A stretch of 64,000 nt of DNA from an uncultured bacterium (lineage in GTDB: Bacteria > Verrucomicrobiota > Kiritimatiellia > PWTM01): contig CAACVY010000004.1 of NCBI GenBank assembly GCA_900661335.1, forward strand, positions 70-64,069, written 5' to 3'. Both the position numbers and the translations under genes were made by a program. The notes beneath the pieces are model-generated. The model searched no databases, was not told the DNA's origin, and worked only from the letters and a program-made list of their open reading frames with translations. Positions 1 to 9,495 of this stretch are shown one piece after another; positions within the stretch are counted from its first letter, which is position 1; every line of letters starts with the position of its first letter.

Positions 1-363
1 CGGCTTTGGCGTGGGTCCGCGGCGGGAGGGCCTGAAGCGGAGAACGGGCTGGTGGTCCACCACGAGTTGCGAACTGGGTTTACCGCCCGCGACTGGGCCG
101 CGGTGTTCGAGGATGCCCGCAAGTCGGGCCGTCCAATCCTAGTGGATTTCTGGGCCACATGGTGTAAGAACTGCCATGCGATGGATGCGACCACGTTGCG
201 CCGGCCATCCGTCCGCCAACGCCTGCAAACGATGGTGGTCGTCCGGTGCCAACTAGAGCTACCCGACGCGGAACCCGCGGCCAGTGTGCGGCGCGCATTT
301 GGCGTACCTGGATTGCCCACCTACGTGATCCTCACACAGGTCCCATCGGCGAGCCAACTCTGA
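1..363 (+). CDS. Thioredoxin-fold protein, 5' partial (DsbD C-terminal / thiol:disulfide interchange-like)
   Basis: Frame 1 is open from base 1. It has a WCKNC (CxxC) active-site motif followed by a VPGLPTYV motif, both typical of the thioredoxin fold. The gene probably starts upstream of the window. Confidence 0.7.
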   Translation, partial: RLWRGSAAGGPEAENGLVVHHELRTGFTARDWAAVFEDARKSGRPILVDFWATWCKNCHAMDATTLRRPSVRQRLQTMVVVRCQLELPDAEPAASVRRAFGVPGLPTYVILTQVPSASQL

Positions 364-437
364 CCGCGCGCTCGCGGACGGTCTCGACGAAGGAACACAC
401 GCGCGGCCCCATCGGCTTCGTGGTATAGTGAGCATCC

Positions 438-1472
438 ATGAGGAGCACAGCCATGGCAACCACGCGTCGGCCAACCAGCCCCCACGCCGTCTGGGTCGGG
501 GTGGACCTCGGTGGCACCAAGTTGATGTGCAGCGTCCTGGACTCAAAGTTCCGAGTCTTGGCGGAAGATCGAACCTCGGTACCGCCGGCGGAGGGACAGC
601 AGAAGGGACTCAAGCGCATGGCGGAGTTGATCGAGAACACGCTCAAACAAAGCGGCATGCGACGAGGCAGTTTGGCGGCCATCGGGGTTGGGTGCCCCGG
701 ACCGCTGGACTTAGAGAAAGGCCTGATCGTCCATGCTCCCAACCTCGGCTGGCGCAAAGTTCCGCTGAAGAAGTTTCTGGAGGGCGTCTTCGGCCGCCCC
801 GTGGTGGTCAGCAACGACGTGGATGCTGGCACCTTCGGAGAATACGTCGCCGGCGCGGCGCAGGGCGCGCGAACGGTGCTGGGGATCTTTCCAGGAACTG
901 GCATCGGAGGCGCGTGCATCTACGAGGGCCAATTGATCCGCGGCGCCCGGCAATCGTGCATGGAGATCGGCCATGTGAAAGTGTGGCCGGCAGGTCCGTT
1001 GTGCGGGTGTGGGCGACGTGGCTGCCTGGAGGCTGTGGCGGGTCGGTTGGCGATCGCCGCCCAGGCCGCCGCCGCCGCCTACCGTGGCGACGCACCCGCA
1101 CTGTTGGAGCGCACGGGCACGGATATTTCTAAGATCCGAAGCAAGGCTCTTGCCGACGCAATCCGCGATGGGGACCATGTAGTCGAACGTATTGTTCGGC
1201 GCGCGGCTCGGTACATCGGGCTCGCAGCCGCCAACGCAATCAACCTGTTGGCGCCCGACGTGGTAGTGTTGGGAGGCGGCTTGGTCGAGGCGATGCCGAA
1301 GCTCTTTTTGGAGGAAGTTGAAGAGGAAGCCCGCGATAAGGTGATGCCGTCATTCCGCGACACGTTCAAAGTGGTGGCCGCAAAACTTGGCGACCGCGCG
1401 ACCGTCATCGGAGCTGCCGCGCTGGCCGCCCGCGCAGTTCAATCGGGTGAAGTTCGCCATGACGCAGGCTAG
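438..1472 (+). CDS. glk: ROK family glucokinase / sugar kinase
   Basis: It has the N-terminal GVDLGGTK ATP-binding motif and the ROK zinc motif CGCGRRGCLEA. The PGTGIGG motif is present and the length (344 aa) fits. Confidence 0.88.
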   Translation: MRSTAMATTRRPTSPHAVWVGVDLGGTKLMCSVLDSKFRVLAEDRTSVPPAEGQQKGLKRMAELIENTLKQSGMRRGSLAAIGVGCPGPLDLEKGLIVHAPNLGWRKVPLKKFLEGVFGRPVVVSNDVDAGTFGEYVAGAAQGARTVLGIFPGTGIGGACIYEGQLIRGARQSCMEIGHVKVWPAGPLCGCGRRGCLEAVAGRLAIAAQAAAAAYRGDAPALLERTGTDISKIRSKALADAIRDGDHVVERIVRRAARYIGLAAANAINLLAPDVVVLGGGLVEAMPKLFLEEVEEEARDKVMPSFRDTFKVVAAKLGDRATVIGAAALAARAVQSGEVRHDAG

Positions 1473-3066
1473 CCAACCGCGCGGGGTGGAGCCCTCGGGT
1501 TCCGTCCCACGCCGAGTGGCCGTGGTGGACATCGGTGCCACGGCGATTCGGATGGAAATCGCCGAGATTAGTCCGGATCGGCCACCGCGGACCCTGGAAT
1601 CCCTTTCCCAGCCCGTGCGGTTGGGCAAAGACACCTTCACGACCGGCGCCCTCCGACGCGAAACGATCGAGGAGAGCGTGCGGATTCTCCAGTCGTATCT
1701 CGACCTGATCCGCCAGTACCAGATCCCGGTTCCGGAAGGCGTACGCGCCATCGCGACCAGTGCAGTCAAAGAGGCCGCCAACCGCGAAGCGTTTCTCGAT
1801 CGGGTGCATGTGGCGACGGGACTCAACGTCGAGTGCGCGGAGGATGCGGACCTGGTTCGGTTGACCTACCTGGCAGTGCGAGGCTTGCCCCCTCACGTGT
1901 ACGGTCGGAAATCATCCGCACTGGTGGTCGAAGTCGGCGGCGGCAACACCGAGCTCCTACTCCTTCAAAGTGGCCGGGTCGTGTTCTACGAGACCTTTCC
2001 GTTGGGATCGGTGCGCCTCCGCCAAATGCTCGAGGCAAGTCGGTTGCCGATTCGCCAGCAACGGATGGCGCTGGATGACGTCCTCCACCGAATGATCTTG
2101 CGGATCACGCAATCCCTCCAGGTATCCCGGGTAGGGACGCTGATCGCCATCTCAGGCGATATGCGTCTGATGGCCGAACGCCTGACCGAACGCTGGGAGG
2201 ATGTTCCCGCCGCGATCTTGCAGCCCTCGGCAGTGACCCGGTTCGCCGAGCGTGTGCTCACTCAGACTCCCGATGAGCTCGTGGCCAACTACGAGGTTTC
2301 ATTTGCCGAGGCCGAGACTTTCGGGCCGGCCCTGCTCGCGTACGCGCGCCTGGCGCGCGCGTTTCACGTGCGCCGCATCGTCGTGCCGAAGGTCCACCTC
2401 CGCACCGCGTTGGAAATCGAGATGGCGATCCGCGAGGACCTCGCCGACGAGCTGCGCGAGCACATCCGCGACGCCGCGCGTCAGTTGGCCGACCATTACC
2501 AGGCCGATGCCGCGCACGCCGAACACGTCGCGCAACTTGCCTCGCGGCTGTTTCGCACGTTGGCGCCGGTGCATCGCCTGGGCCCCCGGCACGAATTCTT
2601 GCTCGAGATCGCCGCGCGCCTGCACGAGATCGGGCTCTACGTCAGCAATCGGAGCCACCACAAACATTCGATGTATCTAATCCTGAACAGTGGTTTGTTT
2701 GGAGTGCGCCGAGATGACCTTCTGACGATCGCGCTCGTTGCCCGCTACCACCGGCGCTCGCCGCCCAAGCCCGAGCATCCCTTTTACAGCACGCTGTCCC
2801 AGGCGCAACGCGTGGTCGTGCAAAAACTTGCAGCGATTCTACGCGTGGCCGACGCGCTGGACCGCAGCCGCCGAGGTCGCGTCGCGGATATCGAGCCCAA
2901 GCTGGAAGAGAACCGCCTTGTCTTGCTGGCGCCCAATATGGAGGATCTGACTCTGGAAATGATGGCATTGCGCGAGAAGGGATCGTTCTTTGAGGATTTG
3001 TTCGGTCTCCGCTTGGATCTCCGCGCTCGGCCCGTGCATGCCAATGGTTCCACCCATGAAATCTAG
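1459..3066 (+). CDS. ppx: Exopolyphosphatase / guanosine pentaphosphate phosphohydrolase (Ppx/GppA family with C-terminal HD domain)
   Basis: VAVVDIGATAIRMEI and VEVGGGNTEL are ASKHA-fold motifs. The HD-like region reads HEIGLYVSNRSHHKHS. The ATG at 1459 overlaps the glk stop by 14 nt, and the longer ORF start at 1387 lies inside glk. Confidence 0.88.
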   Translation: MTQASQPRGVEPSGSVPRRVAVVDIGATAIRMEIAEISPDRPPRTLESLSQPVRLGKDTFTTGALRRETIEESVRILQSYLDLIRQYQIPVPEGVRAIATSAVKEAANREAFLDRVHVATGLNVECAEDADLVRLTYLAVRGLPPHVYGRKSSALVVEVGGGNTELLLLQSGRVVFYETFPLGSVRLRQMLEASRLPIRQQRMALDDVLHRMILRITQSLQVSRVGTLIAISGDMRLMAERLTERWEDVPAAILQPSAVTRFAERVLTQTPDELVANYEVSFAEAETFGPALLAYARLARAFHVRRIVVPKVHLRTALEIEMAIREDLADELREHIRDAARQLADHYQADAAHAEHVAQLASRLFRTLAPVHRLGPRHEFLLEIAARLHEIGLYVSNRSHHKHSMYLILNSGLFGVRRDDLLTIALVARYHRRSPPKPEHPFYSTLSQAQRVVVQKLAAILRVADALDRSRRGRVADIEPKLEENRLVLLAPNMEDLTLEMMALREKGSFFEDLFGLRLDLRARPVHANGSTHEI

Positions 3067-5200
3067 CCCTCCCCACCCCCATCCACGGTTTTTCAATCGC
3101 GAACTCTCGTGGCTGGCCTTCAACGAACGTGTGCTGGAAGAAGCGTCGGACCGTACGGTTCCACTCATGGAGCGCCTTCGCTTCTTGGGCATTACCGCGT
3201 CCAATCTGGACGAATTTTACATGGTCCGTGTCGGCGGGTTGAGCGTTTTGGCGCAGCAAGGACGATCTCGACCTGACATCTCTGGACTATCGCCGCGCCA
3301 GCAATTGCACGAGATTGCGAGCCGCGTTCAGTCCATGGTCGCACGGCAATACCAGCTGTGGAACGAGGAACTTGCCCCCGCGTTAGCCCGAGCTGGCCTG
3401 CGCCGGCTGCGATGGTCCGACCTGACCTCAGACCAACTCCAACACGTGCAGAGAATTTGGGCCAACGAGCTTGAGGCGCTGCTGACCCCCTGCGCAGTAA
3501 ACGTCGATCGCACCTCTCCGACCGTGGCGGGACTAACGCTGCACCTGGCCGTCCGGCTGCGGCGTTCCGCGGATGGGCCCTGGCCCCCGGGCGAGGGCTG
3601 GGCCTGGGTCGCCATTCCTCGGTCGGTGCCCCGGTTTTACTTCTTGCCCGACACCACCGGGCAAACCTTTGTCATGGTCGAGGACATTGTCCGCGGCATG
3701 CTGTCGGAACTGTTTCCCGGCGTGGAAATCCTCGACACGGCGTTGTTCCGCGTGACGCGCAACGCGGATTTGACCCTCGCCGAAGACATGGTGCACGACC
3801 TGCTGAGCGGTATGGAAGATGTGCTCGCAGCTCGGCGCGCCAGTCATTGCGTCCGTTTGGAATTGGAGGCCGAGGCCCCACCGGTCGTGGCCGATTGGTT
3901 GCGGCAATGGATCGAGGTGGACCCCGAGCATGTGTTCCGGATTCCCGGCCCGCTAGCGCTGGCGGACCTCCGGCGGTTGGCCGATGTGCCTGGGTTTGAG
4001 TTGCATCGCTACCCGCCGTGGCCGCCCGTGCCGCCACCCGGCATCCGCCCAAACCGGTCCATGTTCGAACAGATCGCCGAGAAAGACTGGCTCATCCACG
4101 TGCCGTTCGAAAGCTACGAGCCTGTCGTTCGGTTCATCGAAGAAGCTGCCGAGGACCCGGACGTGCTGGCGATCAAGCAAACCTTGTACCGAACCAGCCG
4201 CGACAGCCCCATCATTGCGGCGCTCGAACGTGCGGCCGAGGCTGGCAAACACGTGACCGCTGTGGTCGAGCTTCGAGCGAGGTTCGACGAAGAACAAAAC
4301 ATCGAATGGGCCCGCGCCCTGGAGCGCGCGGGAGTGGAAGTGATCCATGGCGTGCGCGGGTTCAAGGTCCACGCCAAGGTGTGCCTGGTGGTTCGCCATG
4401 AAGCCGGACGAATCCGACGCTACGTGCATTTTGGCACGGGCAACTACAACGAACGGACCGCACGCCAGTACTGTGACCTCAACCTCCTGACCGCTGCCGA
4501 TGATTACGGTGCGGATGCCGCCGCGTTTTTCAACGTCATCACGGGACTGTCGCAGCCGCCGCGGTTTCACCGCATCGAGATGGCCCCGCTGGGCATTCGA
4601 CGGCGGCTGTTGGAGCTGATCGAGGGAGAACGAATCCATCGCGAGGCCGGCCGGCCTGCGCGCATCATGGCCAAAATGAACTCCCTGGCTGACCCCGAGC
4701 TCATCGAAGCCCTCTACCGCGCGTCGCAGGCCGGCGTGCCGATTGATCTATCCGTGCGCGGCATTTGTTGTCTCCGCCCTGGCGTGCCTGGGCTCAGCCC
4801 CACCACCCGTGTCACGAGTGTGGTGGATCGGTTCCTTGAACACGCGCGCATTTTCTACTTCGAGCGGGGAGGTGAACCGGCGATCTTCCTGTCTAGTGCC
4901 GACTGGATGCCGCGTAACCTCGACAAACGCGTGGAACTGATGGTGGAGGTGGTCGAGCCCGAGGTTCGGCGTCAACTCGAACGGATTTTAGAAATCTCGT
5001 TGTCCGACAACGTCAAGGCGCGGGAGTTGCGTCCCGATGGCACGTACATGCGGCCGAAACCGGCCGCCGGCGACCCCAAAGTCCGAAGCCAGGAAAAACT
5101 TTACCGGCTCGCGTTAAAAGCGGCTCGCGCGGCCCAGATCGTCCGCAAGCACAACTTCGAACCGTACCGCCCTGCGCAGGCATCGAAGAAGTCGAAGTAG
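3056..5200 (+). CDS. ppk: Polyphosphate kinase 1
   Basis: FFNRELSWLAFNERVLEEA is the canonical PPK1 N-terminus. The KVHAKVCLVVR phosphohistidine region and two PLD-like C-terminal domains are present. The ATG at 3056 overlaps the ppx stop by 11 nt. Confidence 0.93.
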   Translation: MKSSPPHPHPRFFNRELSWLAFNERVLEEASDRTVPLMERLRFLGITASNLDEFYMVRVGGLSVLAQQGRSRPDISGLSPRQQLHEIASRVQSMVARQYQLWNEELAPALARAGLRRLRWSDLTSDQLQHVQRIWANELEALLTPCAVNVDRTSPTVAGLTLHLAVRLRRSADGPWPPGEGWAWVAIPRSVPRFYFLPDTTGQTFVMVEDIVRGMLSELFPGVEILDTALFRVTRNADLTLAEDMVHDLLSGMEDVLAARRASHCVRLELEAEAPPVVADWLRQWIEVDPEHVFRIPGPLALADLRRLADVPGFELHRYPPWPPVPPPGIRPNRSMFEQIAEKDWLIHVPFESYEPVVRFIEEAAEDPDVLAIKQTLYRTSRDSPIIAALERAAEAGKHVTAVVELRARFDEEQNIEWARALERAGVEVIHGVRGFKVHAKVCLVVRHEAGRIRRYVHFGTGNYNERTARQYCDLNLLTAADDYGADAAAFFNVITGLSQPPRFHRIEMAPLGIRRRLLELIEGERIHREAGRPARIMAKMNSLADPELIEALYRASQAGVPIDLSVRGICCLRPGVPGLSPTTRVTSVVDRFLEHARIFYFERGGEPAIFLSSADWMPRNLDKRVELMVEVVEPEVRRQLERILEISLSDNVKARELRPDGTYMRPKPAAGDPKVRSQEKLYRLALKAARAAQIVRKHNFEPYRPAQASKKSK

Positions 5201-5402
5201 AAGCGGACTGCGAAAGGGGTTCCTGCCGCTTGGGCCGGGAGCTGAGCCACCGCCGCGCTTCCTCGAGTGCAAATCGCCGGTCCTTCATGCTATCGGGATC
5301 GTACGCGATGTAGTTGTTCTCGTACTCCTCGCCCTCGGGGTATCCATCGTCCACGAACAACCATGCGGAACGTTGAATGGTCATCGTTGCCACCAAGATC
5401 AC
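5013..5402 (-). CDS. Hypothetical small acidic protein (uncertain)
   Basis: The N-terminal ~60 aa (MTIQRSAWLFVDDGYPEGEEYENNYIAYDPDSMKDRRFALEEARRW) look protein-like. The 3' half runs antisense into ppk and looks like junk. An alternative ATG start is at 5384. Confidence 0.25.
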   Translation of the reverse strand: MILVATMTIQRSAWLFVDDGYPEGEEYENNYIAYDPDSMKDRRFALEEARRWLSSRPKRQEPLSQSASTSTSSMPAQGGTVRSCACGRSGPREPLLTRAGKVFPGFGLWGRRRPVSAACTCHRDATPAP

Positions 5403-5558
5403 GATCCCATTCGAATGTTAGATCTCGGTGAAGGAAGCATGAGAATGCTGCGGGAGTTCTGCGGGCCCTTTTACAATGGAGGTTCGTCGGGTAGGATGCT
5501 GGGCGAAGCGAGACCGTACCGTTGGGTCGGTCGTGTCGCTGTGGCCGGGCGGTGGACG

Positions 5559-5586
5559 TTGTCACGAAGTTAGAGTGCGGTAGAAT
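5559..5586 (+). promoter_or_regulatory. Sigma-70-like promoter candidate (TTGTCA-16 nt-TAGAAT) for the SHOCT gene
   Basis: TTGTCA lies at 5559-5564 and TAGAAT at 5581-5586. A GAGGTGG Shine-Dalgarno at 5607-5613 sits ahead of the GTG at 5617. Confidence 0.35.
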
Positions 5587-5616
5587 GGCGCCGGACGACA
5601 GGCCGCGAGGTGGTGC

Positions 5617-6159
5617 GTGAAGTTCGAGCAGAAAAAGTGCGGTACGCACATCACCATCGAATTGCTGCCCCATGGGGTGAAGTACTCCCTGAAGGATGCT
5701 AAGCACTACGAGGCCTTCACGGTGGCGTACGAAGAGTTGGGGACACATACGTGGGAATTCGAGGAGCGGCTAGCGGTGTTCCAGTTTCTCGCGTTCTATT
5801 TTTTCATCCTCGGCGTGGTCCGACTCGATCGGGACGTCATCGAGAAGAAACTCACGGTGCCGTTGTGGCTGCTAGTGGCAGCGGGCTTCTATCTACTCTA
5901 TCGGGTCCGACGCATCCGCTACACTGTGCTGGACTGCGATGGCTGCCGCCTCTATGTGATTCAGGACAAGTACCACGACCAGATTTTGAAAACACTGCAG
6001 ACGTGGAAAGCGGAGTACCTGCGCTCGAAGTACGCACGGATCGATCCTGACAACGACCCCGCGCTAGAGCTTCGAAAACTGTCGTGGCTCAAAGCCGAAG
6101 GCATTATCACCGACGACGAGTTCGAACAGCTGAAGTCCGAGCTTGAAGATCGCACGTAA
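5617..6159 (+). CDS. Membrane protein with C-terminal SHOCT domain
   Basis: There are two hydrophobic helices (FQFLAFYFFILGVV and LWLLVAAGFYLLY). The C-terminal LSWLKAEGIITDDEFEQLKSEL matches the SHOCT short C-terminal domain pattern. It uses a GTG start with a good SD. Confidence 0.7.
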   Translation: MKFEQKKCGTHITIELLPHGVKYSLKDAKHYEAFTVAYEELGTHTWEFEERLAVFQFLAFYFFILGVVRLDRDVIEKKLTVPLWLLVAAGFYLLYRVRRIRYTVLDCDGCRLYVIQDKYHDQILKTLQTWKAEYLRSKYARIDPDNDPALELRKLSWLKAEGIITDDEFEQLKSELEDRT

Positions 6160-6278
6160 GGCGGTGGCCACTCCGCCGCCGGTTCGGAGAACTGGATCCA
6201 ATTCGCCCACGCAAGATTCCGTGCGGGCCGCCGGTTTCTTCACGCCAACCAAGCTGGGCGCGCTTCCGCCCGGGAGCC

Positions 6279-7109
6279 CTAGCGCGTGGAGTGATGGGTG
6301 CGTGGATAAGATCGCCGACGCGGGTTCGGGCGGGCGGCGCCCGCGTGAGCCAGCGCGAAATCGTACCGCACGGGATCGCGTGGACACAAGGAGCGCAACG
6401 CACGTGTGACTTCCTCTGCGGCTATGCGATCGGGTCTTATTCGCCGTGTCCAGCCAAATTGGCGTGCAGCTCGGAACGTGTGGACATCGAGCGGGATCCG
6501 GAGGTCGGATGGGCGGATCACGTCCCAGCCACCGGGGTCCACTTCGTCCCGCCGAGTCATCCATCGCAAGAACAACCACAATCGCTTACAGGCAGAACCT
6601 TGGCATGGATCGGGCCAAAGGCGTTGCAGCGGCGTCGTTCCCGCGATGGCGTAGAAGTGGTGGACAAAGCTATCCAGGGCTGACCAGGGACCGGCGGCGT
6701 TTTCCCAAGCGCGGCGGAACGTATGCTCCAAGCTGCCATCCCTCGCTTGCAGATCTCCGGCCGCTTCGAGCAGTACGACCAAGGACCCCGCGCCCACCCA
6801 ACGATGCCGAAATCCTTCCAGTCGCTCGTGCAACCATGCGGTGCGATCCGAGCGTGGGACGACGGCTTTCGCAGGATGCGGTCCGATCCTCGATAGCACC
6901 CGTTCGACCGAACGAAGAATTCCCTTCAAATTTCCGAACGCTAGCGAGGCGGCGACGAGCGCCGCAATTTCACGATCGGCCAAGTCCGTGTATCGCCGGA
7001 CAAACCCCACAGGATCCTGCGCCGCCTGATCGGCGCAATGGTAGCGACGAAGAATTTGGTCGAGGTAGCGGCGAAAGCATGCGCGTGGCCGCGCTCGACG
7101 CTCGCTCAT
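6279..7109 (-). CDS. TIGR02757 / DUF2400 family protein
   Basis: DPVGFVRRYTDLADREIAALVAASLAFGNLKGI, a central WxGAG-type region and the C-terminal PLDVHTFRAARQFGW...DPVRYDFAL are typical of TIGR02757. The ATG at 7109 forms an ATGA overlap with the manA stop. The 403-aa ORF in the track is an upstream run-on. Confidence 0.8.
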   Translation of the reverse strand: MSERRARPRACFRRYLDQILRRYHCADQAAQDPVGFVRRYTDLADREIAALVAASLAFGNLKGILRSVERVLSRIGPHPAKAVVPRSDRTAWLHERLEGFRHRWVGAGSLVVLLEAAGDLQARDGSLEHTFRRAWENAAGPWSALDSFVHHFYAIAGTTPLQRLWPDPCQGSACKRLWLFLRWMTRRDEVDPGGWDVIRPSDLRIPLDVHTFRAARQFGWTRRIRPDRIAAEEVTRALRSLCPRDPVRYDFALAHAGAARPNPRRRSYPRTHHSTR

Positions 7110-8095
7110 GGGACGAACATGCGGATGAGTTCGCCCCGACCTTCGAGCGGAACCCAACGCGTCGCACTCACCACGGCCGGCAAGAACAAGGTCGTGCCCG
7201 GACGGACCTCCAGCCCACCTTCGGGTCCTTCGACGCGGAAGCGTCCCGCGGCGATGAACACCACGCGGAAACGGTCGGAATCGTCGCGCTCGTTCCATGG
7301 ACTGCTTGGCAGCCATCGCTCCATGTGGAATGCGGGGCAAGCGACAAGCACTTCGCCGGTGGCACCGGGCGATGGAGGCAGCGGAACCGGGTCCATTCGG
7401 AACGGGCCATGGTCGTTCCATCGCACGACGCGCAACGCCTGTGCCACGTGCGTCTCCCGGGGACGGCCATCGAAGCCGACGCGGCCCCAATCGTAAAGCC
7501 GGTAGGTCGTGTTGGAATTTTGCTGCACTTCCAAGATTAGTAATCCCGATTCCAGTACATGGACTCGGCCACCAGGGATGAACACGACATCGCCCGCCCG
7601 AACCGAGATCGCGTTCAAAACTCCGGTGAGATCGCCGGTTCGTAAAGCTTCTTCCACCGCTTCCCGATTCACGCCGGGGCGGAACCCAACCATGAGGCTA
7701 GCCCCGGGCGCCGCCTCGAGGATATACCACGCTTCCGTTTTCGGCTCACCTCCGTACTTGGCTGCGGCCGCTTCGTCGGGATGCACCTGAACGCTGAGTC
7801 GCTCCCGAGCGTCGATCAATTTGACCAACAACGGAAAAGGCCGCCCGGCGTGCCGCCCGAGCATCTCGCGCGGATACGTTTCCATGAGCTCCGCCAAGGT
7901 ATGCCCCGCCCACGGACCTTCGGCGATCGTACTTTGACCTTCAGGCCGCACCGACACCTCCCACGATTCGGCATAGATGCCCGGCGGCTCTTGTCGGCCG
8001 TATTTGAGGATGATCCGATTGCCGCCCCAAATGTACTGCTGGTAGACCGGGCGGCATCGCAGTGGCTGGTGCACGAATTTGGATGGGGTATTCAT
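7106..8095 (-). CDS. manA: Mannose-6-phosphate isomerase, class I (cupin)
   Basis: YIWGGNRI, LSVQVHPD and EAWYILEA cupin metal-site motifs are present. The ATG at 8095 has a GGAG upstream. A TTG at 8113 is an alternative start. Confidence 0.85.
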   Translation of the reverse strand: MNTPSKFVHQPLRCRPVYQQYIWGGNRIILKYGRQEPPGIYAESWEVSVRPEGQSTIAEGPWAGHTLAELMETYPREMLGRHAGRPFPLLVKLIDARERLSVQVHPDEAAAAKYGGEPKTEAWYILEAAPGASLMVGFRPGVNREAVEEALRTGDLTGVLNAISVRAGDVVFIPGGRVHVLESGLLILEVQQNSNTTYRLYDWGRVGFDGRPRETHVAQALRVVRWNDHGPFRMDPVPLPPSPGATGEVLVACPAFHMERWLPSSPWNERDDSDRFRVVFIAAGRFRVEGPEGGLEVRPGTTLFLPAVVSATRWVPLEGRGELIRMFVP

Positions 8096-8103
8096 GGCAT
8101 CGG

Positions 8104-9063
8104 CTAACTCCAACTTTGGTCAAGTGCTTCGCCGCCGATCCCTGAACCATCCCGAATCGGCGTCACCGTAGGGATGTCCGACTCATCTTGCGGCCACCCC
8201 AAATGGGCCAAGGGCCCGCGGCCTCGGCCGATTCCTCCGCCGAGTCGAAGTCCTTGGTTGACGTAGGCCTTGGCCAAGATCGTCGCATTTAGCAGGGTGC
8301 AGCCGTGGGCGAGGAACGTCGCCAAGCTCGAGGAGAACGTGCACCCAGTCCCGTGCGTGTGATCCACGACTTGGCGAGGGCTGCTCAGGCACCACATGCC
8401 CTCGGCCGTGATCAACCAGTCCCGCGAATCTTGCAGGCTCTCGCCGTGCCCGCCCTTGACCACCACCGCAACCACACCGGCGTTGACAAGCTCTCGCCCC
8501 GCTTCGATCGCATCGCGCTCCGACCGGATCGGCCGCCCCGCGAGAACCGCCAATTCGGGCCAGTTGGGTGTGAGCACGCGAACTCGCGGGACCAATCGCT
8601 CGCGTAGCACCTGTCGGCCCGGCTCGTCCAACAACGCCGTTCCATCCGAAGCAGCCAGCACTGGGTCGCACACCACCGTCACATCGAGGTCCTGCAACGC
8701 TCTCACCGTTTCCTCGACCGCGTCCACCGTACCCAGCATGCCGATCTTGATCGCACGAGGAGGCAGGTCTTCCTTCAGTGCATGCAGCTGAGCGCGCACC
8801 ATCTCCCGTGAGACCGGTGCCCATGCACACACGCCCAGCGTATTTTGCGCAACGATCGCCGTGATCACACTGGCCGCGTATCCGCCGAGTGCATGGATCA
8901 CTTTGATATCCGCCTGGATCCCGGCGCCGCCGCTCGGATCCGTGCCTGCAATCGTCCAAATGATCGGCCGTTCGATCACTCTGCAAGTATCGGTCAAGCT
9001 TCTGTGGCATTCAACCGCATGCCGCGGATCGCGTACGAAATGGACATCAAGGATTGGGCGCAT
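8104..9063 (-). CDS. thiD: Hydroxymethylpyrimidine/phosphomethylpyrimidine kinase
   Basis: WTIAGTDPSGGAGIQADIKV, VKIGML-type (IKIGMLG) and GTGCTFSSSLA motifs are present. The start is uncertain: ATG at 9063 or GTG at 8969. Confidence 0.88.
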   Translation of the reverse strand: MRPILDVHFVRDPRHAVECHRSLTDTCRVIERPIIWTIAGTDPSGGAGIQADIKVIHALGGYAASVITAIVAQNTLGVCAWAPVSREMVRAQLHALKEDLPPRAIKIGMLGTVDAVEETVRALQDLDVTVVCDPVLAASDGTALLDEPGRQVLRERLVPRVRVLTPNWPELAVLAGRPIRSERDAIEAGRELVNAGVVAVVVKGGHGESLQDSRDWLITAEGMWCLSSPRQVVDHTHGTGCTFSSSLATFLAHGCTLLNATILAKAYVNQGLRLGGGIGRGRGPLAHLGWPQDESDIPTVTPIRDGSGIGGEALDQSWS

Positions 9064-9466
9064 GCCAGCGCGCTCGCGCGGTTCGGGCTTTCGTTTGCGC
9101 TGTGATGTCGCACTGCGGCCTCTGGCGAACGGCGACCGGATAGACTTTGCACCATCTCGAGCAAGTCCCGGCGCGGGATGACACGCAACGGGGTAAGTCC
9201 AACCGCGAGGGACGACGGGCTCTGCGCCCCGCTGAGTTTCGACCTGTCGTCCAAAATCTTGGAACTGGTTGCCGTACATGGGAGACTCTCGCATGGCTGC
9301 CCCGCCGGAGTTTGATCCGATTCGTCTCAGATGTCGTTCACGCGTGTAGCTTTCGTGCGCGCTTTCGAGCGGCGGATTACGCGTAGGCTTGTACCCCTTT
9401 CGGCAGTGCATTGACCGCGCCCGAACGGGCCGAGTGGCAGGCCAAGAAATTTTTCGTTCAGCGGGC

Positions 9467-9495
9467 TTGACGTTTGGTGGGGCAAGGTGTCAAAT
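9467..9495 (+). promoter_or_regulatory. Candidate dcw (Pmra-like) promoter TTGACG-17 nt-TCAAAT with upstream A/T tract
   Basis: TTGACG lies at 9467-9472 and TCAAAT at 9490-9495. An A/T-rich, UP-like stretch (aagaaatttttcgttca) sits at 9444-9460. The promoter is placed just before the AAGAGG SD and the GTG at 9517. Confidence 0.4.

Noticed and set aside
6446-7540. Long alternative-frame or antisense ORFs: for example 6446-7540, 14556-15638, 8183-9010, 24764-26014, 50368-51330, 57192-58313, 11656-12576, and the N-terminal parts of 19933-21474 and 16668-18767.
   Set aside because: All lie inside or antisense to strongly supported conserved genes. Their products are Arg/Pro/Gly/Ala-rich low-complexity sequences typical of stop-poor off-frames in high-GC DNA. 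None has a recognisable motif.
9064-9420. Possible TPP (THI-box) riboswitch upstream of thiD. The minus strand contains CTGAGA (around 9325-9330) followed by GGATCAAACTCCGGCGGGG, and GGGGTAC lies further upstream.
   Set aside because: The GGGGTAC and CTGAGA elements are about 60 nt apart, versus about 10-15 nt in the consensus. There is no ACCTGA element, and the P1/P2/P4 pairings could not be drawn. Only cmscan with RF00059 could settle it.
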